Below, one piece after another: positions 18,005 through 26,038 of a stretch of 32,000 nt of DNA. Made by a program: the position numbers and the translations under genes. Below the pieces are notes generated by a model, which was not told the origin of the DNA, searched no databases, and was given only the letters and a program-made list of their open reading frames with translations. The stretch comes from Edaphobacter aggregans (lineage in GTDB: Bacteria; Acidobacteriota; Terriglobia; Terriglobales; Acidobacteriaceae). Location of the stretch: the NCBI RefSeq assembly GCF_003945235.1, contig NZ_RSDW01000001.1, positions 2,190,001-2,222,000 of the forward strand. Reading direction: 5' to 3'. The stretch's first letter is position 1. Every line of letters begins with the position of its first letter.

Positions 18005-19000
18005 GTGGCAGACCTCAACCAATTCGGCAGCGCAAAGCCCCCTCAGTCGGCAGACGCACAACACTGCGCTCAGTGTGAGGCCATGCTGACCGATGCCCTC
18101 GACGGCACCCTATCGACAGCCGATCAGGCAGCCTTTGACCTTCACATGGTTGGCTGCTCCGCCTGCGCCACCATGCTCGCCGAAGCCCGGCGCGGAGCCG
18201 CCTGGCTCAACATGCTGAAATCTCCCAGCCCTGAGCCCCCGGCCACCCTGCTTAGCCGCATCCTCGCCCAAACCAGCGGCCAAGCCAGCGCTGAAGCCAA
18301 GCCGACCATCGTCCTTGGGCCCACCGACTATGTTCGCCAGCCCAACACTTTGCTCGGACAACCGGCGCACACCATCCCGGCCTCGTATCCCATAGCAGCC
18401 TATACCTCCGGCGCCACCGCGAAAGTTCTGCCCTTCCGCCAACGCGTTGCCGCGGCCTTCCGACTCCAGAACATACGTCACACATTGATGCAGCCTCGCC
18501 TTGCCATGACGGCTGCGATGGCCTTCTTCTCGATTGCTCTCACGCTCAATCTCACCGGCGTGCGCCTGAGCCAACTTCGTGCCAGCGACTTCAAGCCTTC
18601 CAATATCAAGCGCAGCTTCTACGACACCAACGCCAAGGTCGTCCGCTATTACGACAACCTAGTCGTGGTCTATCAGCTTGAATCCCGCGTGCGCGATCTC
18701 CAGCGCGCAACCGAAAGCGAATCCACCACCCCGGCCCCCCAGAACTCCCCCGAAGCATCCCGGCCCTCGAACCAACAGCAAAATCAGCAGCCTGACGACC
18801 AGAAGCCCCAGAATCCCGACCAGAAGAAAGCAGCTCCCCGCCCTAAGTCCGGCACCAGCAGACGTGAAAACCCCCAGGGCGGCAATACTCACTTCGTCGG
18901 TTCCACTCCGGCTCGCGGCTCCAGTCCCGCCGCCACCGAAGCTCTTGCTTTCTTTACGAATAACTTTTTCAACCACATACAGGAAGGGGGACTGGTATGA
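18005..19000 (+). CDS. zf-HC2 (ZAS-type) membrane-spanning anti-sigma factor
   Basis: GTG 18005 after AGGTGA. It carries an N-terminal CAQC plus the H-x3-C-x2-C motif (HMVGCSAC), a single TM (LAMTAAMAFFSIALTLNLTGV) and a Q/P-rich low-complexity C-terminus. It lies directly downstream of the ECF sigma gene. Confidence 0.8.
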   Translation: MADLNQFGSAKPPQSADAQHCAQCEAMLTDALDGTLSTADQAAFDLHMVGCSACATMLAEARRGAAWLNMLKSPSPEPPATLLSRILAQTSGQASAEAKPTIVLGPTDYVRQPNTLLGQPAHTIPASYPIAAYTSGATAKVLPFRQRVAAAFRLQNIRHTLMQPRLAMTAAMAFFSIALTLNLTGVRLSQLRASDFKPSNIKRSFYDTNAKVVRYYDNLVVVYQLESRVRDLQRATESESTTPAPQNSPEASRPSNQQQNQQPDDQKPQNPDQKKAAPRPKSGTSRRENPQGGNTHFVGSTPARGSSPAATEALAFFTNNFFNHIQEGGLV

Positions 19001-20190
19001 ACTGCGCAAACCATCCTGACCGTGAACGAACTGCGTTTTGCCAAAACTGTGGCAAGCCTCTCTGCCAGGAATGCACCCGCGTGGTCGGCACCGCCGTCTT
19101 CTGCGAGCCATGCCTTGCAACAAAATTAAGTGGAACCGGCGCCCCCCCCGACGCCTCCGCTCCCGGCACTTACCCCACCCCCGCGGCCTACGGTGCCGGC
19201 ATTCCACCGTTCAACAGCAGTGAGCCGAATCCCGGCCTGGCCGCCCTGCTCGGTATCATCCCCGGCGTCGGCGCCATGTACAACGGCCAATACGCCAAGG
19301 GAATCGTCCATCTCATCGTCTTCGCCATCCTCATCACCCTGGCCGACGAACACGGCATCTTCGGCATCTTCATCGCTGGCTGGGTGATCTATCAGATTCT
19401 CGAGGCACACCACACCGCCCGCGCCCGGCGCGACGGCACTCCTCTGCCAAATCCCTTTGGCCTGAATGATTTGGGCGAACGCCTCGGCTTCGGTAAGGCA
19501 TGGCCGGGTGGAACATCCGGCACAACCGGAGCCGCCGCCTTCACCCCGGATCCGACGATCCCTCCGGCGAGCAGCTACGTCCCGCCGCCGCCGTCCGGCT
19601 ACCCACCGCCCCCGCAGCAGCCTGTAAGCGGTGCTGCTCCCTGGGACTGGCAAAATTACGCTCCACCAGCCTCTCCCTATGGAGTTCCCTACCCTGGCGT
19701 CGATCCTAATTTGCCCCCCGCGCGAAACCGTTTTCCCGCTGGAGCCATTTGGCTCATCGGCCTCGGCACTATCTTTCTGATCGGCAACGCTGGTCTCTTT
19801 CACGGCTTTCCGGTGCACAAGCTCGTTCCTTTCTTCCTTATTGGCTTAGGCCTCTGGCTCTTCATCCACAAGATGACAGGCACTGGAGCCACTCTCGCCG
19901 ATGACGGTACGGCCCTCTACCGCATGCGTCTCTTCAGTGCCCTGCGCGGTTCGGTCTGGGTTGTCCTGGTCGGAGTCATGTTCGGGCTCTCGACCTTCAA
20001 CATCCTCTCCTGGGGCCGCAGTTGGCCGCTCTTCATCATCGTCGCCGGCCTCATGACCTTCTTCGAGCGCACCGCCTATAGCAACGCAGCAGCCTCCATG
20101 CCCGTCTACCCTATGCCGCCCGTCCCTCCTCCGAGCTCCCCTTCCACCTCCATCGTTCCCACGAACACGCACGATCAGGAAGGGCGCTAA
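18997..20190 (+). CDS. B-box-type zinc-finger membrane protein with TM2-like and LiaI-LiaF-TM-like segments
   Basis: The ATGA overlap with the anti-sigma stop indicates translational coupling. The N-terminus C-x2-H-x8-C-x2-C-x4-C-x2-C-x9-C-x2-C (MNCANHPDRERTAFCQNCGKPLCQECTRVVGTAVFCEPCL) is followed by GVGAMYNGQYAKGIVHLIVFAILI (TM2-like), a Pro/Tyr-rich linker, and four further TM helices containing SWPLFIIVAGLMTF (DUF5668-like). Confidence 0.7.
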   Translation: MNCANHPDRERTAFCQNCGKPLCQECTRVVGTAVFCEPCLATKLSGTGAPPDASAPGTYPTPAAYGAGIPPFNSSEPNPGLAALLGIIPGVGAMYNGQYAKGIVHLIVFAILITLADEHGIFGIFIAGWVIYQILEAHHTARARRDGTPLPNPFGLNDLGERLGFGKAWPGGTSGTTGAAAFTPDPTIPPASSYVPPPPSGYPPPPQQPVSGAAPWDWQNYAPPASPYGVPYPGVDPNLPPARNRFPAGAIWLIGLGTIFLIGNAGLFHGFPVHKLVPFFLIGLGLWLFIHKMTGTGATLADDGTALYRMRLFSALRGSVWVVLVGVMFGLSTFNILSWGRSWPLFIIVAGLMTFFERTAYSNAAASMPVYPMPPVPPPSSPSTSIVPTNTHDQEGR

Positions 20191-20194
20191 CACC

Positions 20195-22165
20195 ATGGCA
20201 GGCTATCCTCCACCCTATCCTCCGCCTACTCCTCCTCCGGGCCCACCTTACGGCAACGACTGGAAATACCAGCGCCGCGTCATGAAGGACCAAGCCCGAA
20301 TGCAGCGCGATATGCTCCGCGCCCAGCAGCAGGCCTATCGCCAGCAACTGCGTGGCACGCGACGCGGCTCTATCCTCGGTCCCCTGATGGTCATCGCCAT
20401 CGGTATTGTTTTCCTGCTTGTCCAGCTCGGCCGCATTCCAGGCCACGATCTCTGGCTATGGTACGGCCGCTGGTGGCCCGCCCTGCTCGTTGGCGCAGGT
20501 CTCGTCATGCTGCTCGAGTGGTCCTTTGATCAATACCTGCACTCCGGCGAGACGCCTCTGCGCCGCCGCAGCATCGGTGGTGGCGTCTTCACCCTTCTTC
20601 TCCTCCTCGGCATCGCAGGCATCTTCGTCAGCGGTATGAGGGAAGGCCATTTCTTGGGCAAGGGCATCAACATCAATCAGGACAACCTGGACGAGTTCCT
20701 CGGCGATAAGCACGAGAGCGACCAAACTCTCTCCCAGGATTTCCCTGCCGGAGCCAGCCTCTCGATCGACAATCCGCGTGGTGACATCTCTGTCTCCGGC
20801 ACAAGCGACGACAACCAGATCCACATCGAAGTCCACAAGCAGGTCTACACCCGCTCCGACTCCGAAGCCGATAGCAAGGCCCAGCAGCTCAGCCCCAAAC
20901 TGACTCCCAACGGAATCACACTCAACCTCTCGGTGCCCTCAATCGAAGGTGGCCGCGCCGACCTTGTCATCACCGTTCCCGCCGCAGCAGCCGCCACCGT
21001 CACAGCCAATCACGGCGATGTACACGTCACCGAACTCAAGGCCCCGGTCAATGTCACCGCCAACCACGGCGATATCACGATCAGCGCCATCACCGGGTCG
21101 GTAGGCACGCATATCAACAACGGCGACTCCTCCTTCTCGGCCCACAGCGTCACTGGCCCTGTCAGCGTCGAAGGGCATGGCCGCGATCTAACCATCTCCG
21201 ATATCTCCGGCATCGTCACCATGGACGGCGACTTCTACGGCACCACCCATCTTGAGCGCGTCCGCGGCGCAGTCCGTTTCCATTCCAGCCGCACTGACCT
21301 CCGGCTGGCCCGCCTCGATGGCGCAATAGAATTCAGCCCCGGTTCGGACTTCTCCATCGACCAGGCCGTAGGCCCGATCATCCTCTCCACACGTAGCCAC
21401 AACGTGACCTTTGAGCGTGTCGCAGGCGATATCTCCGTCACCAATCGCAACGGGTCCGTCGATATCACCAGCGCGCCGCCTCTCGGCAACATCGCCGTCG
21501 AAAACCGCAACGGCAGTGTCAATGTCAACGTCCCCGAGCAGGCTGCCTTCACGGTTCAGGCCGAGACCACGAACGGCGACGCGGAGAATGACTTCTCTAT
21601 CCCTGTCCAGGAAAATGACAACCGCAGGAACTTCGGCGGAATCGTGGGTAAAGGGGGGTCGACTATCCGTATTACAACTACCCAAGGCGATATCGCGCTC
21701 AAGAAGGACTCCGTCGCCCCTCTACCGCCTCTTCCTCCTCCACTTCCGCCAATCTCTATCCACGGATCGGATGGCAGCAGCGTCGTTATCGGCAATCGCG
21801 GTGTCAACATTCACTCAAGTGAGGGCTCCAGCGTTGTCGTCGGCAAAGACGGCGTGCGCATCGTCACCAACTCGGATGGTGGCAGCTCCTTTACCGCAAA
21901 AGACGGGGCCACCCTCAACACCTCTCCCGATGGAAGCAAAATGTATGTAGGCCATGACGGAAGCCGATACAACATTAGTCCCGACGGCAGCAAATCCTAT
22001 GCCGGCCATGACGGAACCCGCATCACCCTGAGCGCCGATGGCACCCGTGTCGGCATCGGACCCAACGGCAAATCCCTCTCCAATGCCCAAATTGACGATC
22101 GGCTCCGCCAGGCTGACGAAGAGGTCCGCAGACTCTCCCAGCAACGCGACGCCAAGACCCGCTAA
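20195..22165 (+). CDS. membrane-anchored DUF4097 (Toastrack / LiaG-like) beta-strand-repeat protein with C-terminal DG-repeat tail
   Basis: Starts 4 nt after the previous stop. Order of elements: poly-Pro N-terminus (PPPYPPPTPPPGPPY), TM region with WWPALLVGAGLVMLL, a DUF4097-type repeat series (RGDISVSG, ANHGDVHVTE, ANHGDITISA, NRNGSVDITS, NRNGSVNVNVP, TTQGDIALKK), a PLPPLPPPLPP linker, then ~8 degenerate x-DG-[ST] repeats. Confidence 0.8.
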   Translation: MAGYPPPYPPPTPPPGPPYGNDWKYQRRVMKDQARMQRDMLRAQQQAYRQQLRGTRRGSILGPLMVIAIGIVFLLVQLGRIPGHDLWLWYGRWWPALLVGAGLVMLLEWSFDQYLHSGETPLRRRSIGGGVFTLLLLLGIAGIFVSGMREGHFLGKGININQDNLDEFLGDKHESDQTLSQDFPAGASLSIDNPRGDISVSGTSDDNQIHIEVHKQVYTRSDSEADSKAQQLSPKLTPNGITLNLSVPSIEGGRADLVITVPAAAAATVTANHGDVHVTELKAPVNVTANHGDITISAITGSVGTHINNGDSSFSAHSVTGPVSVEGHGRDLTISDISGIVTMDGDFYGTTHLERVRGAVRFHSSRTDLRLARLDGAIEFSPGSDFSIDQAVGPIILSTRSHNVTFERVAGDISVTNRNGSVDITSAPPLGNIAVENRNGSVNVNVPEQAAFTVQAETTNGDAENDFSIPVQENDNRRNFGGIVGKGGSTIRITTTQGDIALKKDSVAPLPPLPPPLPPISIHGSDGSSVVIGNRGVNIHSSEGSSVVVGKDGVRIVTNSDGGSSFTAKDGATLNTSPDGSKMYVGHDGSRYNISPDGSKSYAGHDGTRITLSADGTRVGIGPNGKSLSNAQIDDRLRQADEEVRRLSQQRDAKTR

Positions 22166-22209
22166 GTAACTGCGCGCCAACTGATATATCGTTAGTTACC
22201 TTCACCTGG

Positions 22210-22476
22210 CTAAACGGTCTGGCAATGTGCATCCGGGTCCGCATATTGCTCTGACATCCAGCGGTCCATGAGAGTTCCCGCGCACCGCGCACCACACAGA
22301 TGCTTCACGCCAGCCGAGTGCGCATGGCTCTTCTGCCATCGCGTCAGCTTGATCAGCGGCTGGCCCTCCTCCAGATTTTCTCCTTGAAAACAATCCACCC
22401 ACGCCAGCCACCAGTCTCCACCCTCACCCTTTTTATCGCCGCACACATCGCATGTGTAACTTTCCGTATAGGACAT
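22210..22476 (-). CDS. small cysteine-rich hypothetical protein (putative zinc ribbon)
   Basis: 88-aa ORF with AGGAGA RBS upstream of ATG 22476. It has C-x2-C (CDVCG) near the N-terminus and C-x3-C (HLCGARCA) later. Codon usage is consistent with its neighbours. Confidence 0.6.
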   Translation of the reverse strand: MSYTESYTCDVCGDKKGEGGDWWLAWVDCFQGENLEEGQPLIKLTRWQKSHAHSAGVKHLCGARCAGTLMDRWMSEQYADPDAHCQTV

Positions 22477-22775
22477 GGCTTTTCTCCTGCCGCTGAAAAT
22501 ACCACATTCACAACATGCAGCAATAGAGTCAGACGTTTACCCATTCTGGGAGAGCCCGGACAGTGAAAACCCTTGAACGTTCTCCAAAACGCTGCCTTCC
22601 TGTCGCACACGTAAACTTTACTGACGACTCACCCGTCAATTGAGTGGTACCGAAACATTTGCCTGATTGAAGTGTTTGCTATAGAACGCGTGTTGTCGAC
22701 CTCTGTCGTCGTATCCATAGCGACCCTGACTTCGATCACTCGCCGCACAGATCCTCCGAAAGACTGGGCCCACAG

Positions 22776-23789
22776 TTGTCCACCTTAATTCAACCCAAGA
22801 TTGAGACCCAGACCGTCACCGCACCGCACCGCATGCGGCTCAAGGCACACCTGTGCATCACGCGCTTCGATCACTCCATTAAAAATGTCTTTATCCTTCC
22901 CGGCATCATCCTTCCGCTAAGTATCCTGAGGGAGCCCTTCACTCCGGTATTAATCAAGCGCCTCGGCATAGGCTTCCTGTCCGCCACCCTTATCGCATGC
23001 AGCAACTATGTTCTCAATGAAGTTCTGGACGCTCCCTTCGACAAAAAGCACCCTCTCAAATGTAACCGTCCTACGGCCCTCGGCCTGATCAACATTCCGG
23101 CCGCTTACTGCCAGTGGCTCCTGATAATGATCGCCGGCATTGTGCTGGCCTGCACGATCTCCTGGCAGTTCTCCCTTGCTGCTGCCGGACTCTGGATCAT
23201 GGGTTGCCTCTACAACATACCGCCCATCCGCACGAAGGACATCCCCTACCTCGACGTTCTCACCGAAGCCATCAACAACCCTCTACGCATGCTCCTCGGC
23301 TGGTACATGGTGACGTCCACACTCGTCCCCCCCATCTCGCTCATCGTCTCTTACTGGATGCTCGGCTGCTACTTCATGGCTCTCAAGCGTTTCAGCGAGT
23401 ATCGCGAGATAGGCAGCCCCCTGATGGCCGGAGCCTATAGAAAATCCTTCCTCCGCTACACCGAGCGCAGCCTGCTCGGCTCAGTCCTCTTCTATGCGTC
23501 CGTCGCCATGCTCATGTTCGGAGCCTTCATCATGCGCTACCGTATGGAGCTCATCCTCGCAGTTCCCTTCGTCGCGCTCCTCATGGCGATGTACTTCGAT
23601 CTCGCCTTCCATCCCAACAGCGCCGTGCAGCATCCCGAGAAGCTCTACCGTCAACCCGCATTGATGGCCACCACCATCATCACGTCGACCGTCTTCATCG
23701 CGCTGCTCTACTGCAACATCCCCTGGATCGGAAGGTTCTTCTCGCCCACGCTTCCCCAGGCTCACATGGTTAAAATCAGCACCAGATGA
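22776..23789 (+). CDS. UbiA-superfamily prenyltransferase, decaprenyl-phosphate phosphoribosyltransferase (DPPR synthase)-like
   Basis: Polytopic membrane protein. The first Asp-rich motif NEVLDAPFDKKHPLKCNRPTALGLI fits the N-[DE]-x2-D-x3-D-x2-HP-x-K-x2-RP-x-A-x-G pattern of the Rv3806c-type subfamily. The second region is YNIPPIRTKDIPYLDVLTEAINNPLR. Non-ATG start (TTG) at 22776, or ATG at 22833. Confidence 0.8.
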   Translation: MSTLIQPKIETQTVTAPHRMRLKAHLCITRFDHSIKNVFILPGIILPLSILREPFTPVLIKRLGIGFLSATLIACSNYVLNEVLDAPFDKKHPLKCNRPTALGLINIPAAYCQWLLIMIAGIVLACTISWQFSLAAAGLWIMGCLYNIPPIRTKDIPYLDVLTEAINNPLRMLLGWYMVTSTLVPPISLIVSYWMLGCYFMALKRFSEYREIGSPLMAGAYRKSFLRYTERSLLGSVLFYASVAMLMFGAFIMRYRMELILAVPFVALLMAMYFDLAFHPNSAVQHPEKLYRQPALMATTIITSTVFIALLYCNIPWIGRFFSPTLPQAHMVKISTR

Positions 23790-25309
23790 TCAAGCACCAA
23801 CAGCATCCGTCAGCTTCTAAGCAAACCTCAAAGATTCACTGCCCGCTCCTCCCGCTCTTTCTCCTTGCCTGCGTTGCCATCCTCATTCAGGGCTATCATC
23901 TCGGAGTAAACGACTCCGAAATCTTTCTCCCCGCAATCAAGCAGGTTGCCGATCCCCAACTCTATCCTTTTGGCGCGGAGTTCTTCCTCACTCACGCACG
24001 CCTCTCTCTCTTCGCTCCGATCATTGGACACTCAGCCCACTGGCTACACCTTCCCACCGACCTCGCGATCTTCCTCTGGCACATTGGTAGCGTCTTCCTG
24101 ATTCTCATCGCAGCTTGGCAACTTGCCTGTCTCTGTTTCCAGAATGCTCGTGCTCGATGGTCTTCCGTCACTCTGCTCACCGCACTGTTGCCCATACCGG
24201 TAGCCGGAACCGCTCTCGCCATCTCCGACAATTACCTGACACCCCGCTCTCTCTCGACTCCGCTCGCCATGCTGGCCGTCGCCTCTCTTCTTCGCGGGCA
24301 AAAAGGTGCCACCGCCATCTGGCTTCTGCTCACGACGCTCATACACCCGCAGATGGCAGCCTACGCATTCGTTCTCTGCCTTTTCCTCTCTATCCCGCTT
24401 CAACGATTCCGCAAGACACAGACGGGAACGAAGCACGCCCTTGCAACCCATGCGCTACTCTTTGCGTCGCCACCAGGGAGCTTCGCCCTGGTACCTACAG
24501 AAGGCATTTACCGTCAGGTTCTTTACAGCCGTACTTTCTTCTTCGCCTCGCTCTGGACCTGGTATGAGTGGCTCGGCGTCTTCGCTCCACTTGCAATCCT
24601 CTTCTGGTTGTCGCGTCTCCGTCCTCGAGCCACCCTCCCCACCTTTCACCGACTCAGCAGCGCACTCGTCCCCTTCGGCCTTGCCGCGACGCTCGTCTTC
24701 ATCACGCTCTCGTCCAACCCGCGCTTTGAAAACCTCGTCAAGCTGCAACCCATGCGCTGCTTTCACCTGATCTATATCGTCATGTTTCTCCTCATCGGAG
24801 GCCTGCTCGGAGAGTACCTCCTCCAGAGTCATCCATGGAGATGGGCCGCACTCTTCCTCCCCCTGGCCGCGGGCATGTTTTTCATGGATCGAAGCACCTA
24901 CCAGCACAGCAGACACGTCGAGTGGCCGTTAACCGCTCCACGCAATCCATGGTCCCAAGCCTTTCTCTGGATCCGCACCAACACCCCAAAAGATGCCGTC
25001 TTCGCCATCGACCCCAACTACATGGCAATCAACAGCGATGACCAGCACGGCTTCCGCGCCCTCGCTGAGCGCAGCATGTTAGCCGACAATATAAAAGACA
25101 GCGGCGCCGTCACCATGTTCCCCGCCCTCGTCACCGACTGGCAGCAGCAGCAGGAAGCACAACGCGGCTTCACCCACTTCACCCTCGCCGATTATCAGCG
25201 ATTAGCCACGCAATACCCGGTCACATGGACCGTCACCCAAAACCCAATCCCCAGCCTCGACTGCCCCTACCGCAACGACGAAGTAGCCGTCTGCCGTATC
25301 CCACGCTGA
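23786..25309 (+). CDS. large polytopic membrane protein, possible GT-C-fold glycosyltransferase
   Basis: 507 aa with an ATGA overlap onto the UbiA gene. About 11-13 hydrophobic helices are followed by a ~130-aa soluble C-terminal domain. The acidic loop motif NDSEIF just after TM1 is reminiscent of the GT-C first-loop D/E motif. I recognise no family with certainty. Confidence 0.55.
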   Translation: MIKHQQHPSASKQTSKIHCPLLPLFLLACVAILIQGYHLGVNDSEIFLPAIKQVADPQLYPFGAEFFLTHARLSLFAPIIGHSAHWLHLPTDLAIFLWHIGSVFLILIAAWQLACLCFQNARARWSSVTLLTALLPIPVAGTALAISDNYLTPRSLSTPLAMLAVASLLRGQKGATAIWLLLTTLIHPQMAAYAFVLCLFLSIPLQRFRKTQTGTKHALATHALLFASPPGSFALVPTEGIYRQVLYSRTFFFASLWTWYEWLGVFAPLAILFWLSRLRPRATLPTFHRLSSALVPFGLAATLVFITLSSNPRFENLVKLQPMRCFHLIYIVMFLLIGGLLGEYLLQSHPWRWAALFLPLAAGMFFMDRSTYQHSRHVEWPLTAPRNPWSQAFLWIRTNTPKDAVFAIDPNYMAINSDDQHGFRALAERSMLADNIKDSGAVTMFPALVTDWQQQQEAQRGFTHFTLADYQRLATQYPVTWTVTQNPIPSLDCPYRNDEVAVCRIPR

Positions 25310-25311
25310 AC

Positions 25312-25980
25312 CTAGGCCGCCGGCTCTTCTGTCTCTGTCGCCTCAAAGTACAAATACTTCCGCCACGCGGCATCCGCACTCCCAATCATCCGCATGATAT
25401 GCCGTGACGTATGCAACGAGAACGGCCTCGGCTCCCGCAGCAGCCGCATCTCCGTTAACTCATGGAGCATCTGGTTGCCCTTCCGCCGATTGCAGTTATG
25501 ACAACAAGCCACCAGGTTCTCCCACGTCGAAAGCCCACCCCTCGACCGCGGAACCACGTGGTCCAACGTCAACTCACCGGCCGTCAAGACAACGCTGCAA
25601 TACTGGCAGCTGTTCCGGTCGCGCAGCAAAATATTCTTCCGCGAGAGCGCCCGCGTCTGATGCGGAATCCGCCGATACTCCAGCAGCCGGATCACACTCG
25701 GCATCGCCACCCGCATCCGTGCCGCATGCAGAATCTGCCCCTGCTCTTCCTCTGTCCGTGCCACACCTTTCAACACCAGCACCAGCGCCCGCCGCGCCCC
25801 GCAGATGTTAATCGGCTCATACGACGCATTCAGTACCAGCACCGGAGTCTGCATCACTGGCTGCCGAAACACCCCAGCCCGGACATCCAACTCCGTCACC
25901 GGCCGCTGGGCATGGCTCCCAGCATGACCCGTGTGTCGCTTTCCACTCAGCCCTTGCTTCCTCATCTTCCCCGATTGCAT
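25312..25980 (-). CDS. HNH endonuclease family protein
   Basis: HNH core CQYC...[33 protein letters not shown]. The N-terminal domain is [26 protein letters not shown]. Start set at ATG 25980 (MQSGKMRK), 7 nt after GGAGGG. ATG 26019 is the alternative. Confidence 0.85.
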   Translation of the reverse strand: MQSGKMRKQGLSGKRHTGHAGSHAQRPVTELDVRAGVFRQPVMQTPVLVLNASYEPINICGARRALVLVLKGVARTEEEQGQILHAARMRVAMPSVIRLLEYRRIPHQTRALSRKNILLRDRNSCQYCSVVLTAGELTLDHVVPRSRGGLSTWENLVACCHNCNRRKGNQMLHELTEMRLLREPRPFSLHTSRHIMRMIGSADAAWRKYLYFEATETEEPAA

Positions 25981-26038
25981 CGTCACGCCCTCCGGTTCAA
26001 AGTGTTCGCACTCCGCCAAGCGCTCTTCTGACTAATTG

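Noticed and set aside
22166-22209. Possible hairpin GTAACT...AGTTAC with internal GATATATC palindrome between convergent genes
   Set aside because: The stem is only ~6 bp with a ~20-nt loop and no U-tract. That is too weak to call a terminator.
25312-25980. HNH endonuclease as the seed of a restriction, defence or mobile-element island
   Set aside because: There is no adjacent methyltransferase, helicase/ATPase, integrase, terminase, repeats or compositional break. The flanks are housekeeping-type genes (comF, membrane glycosylation genes).
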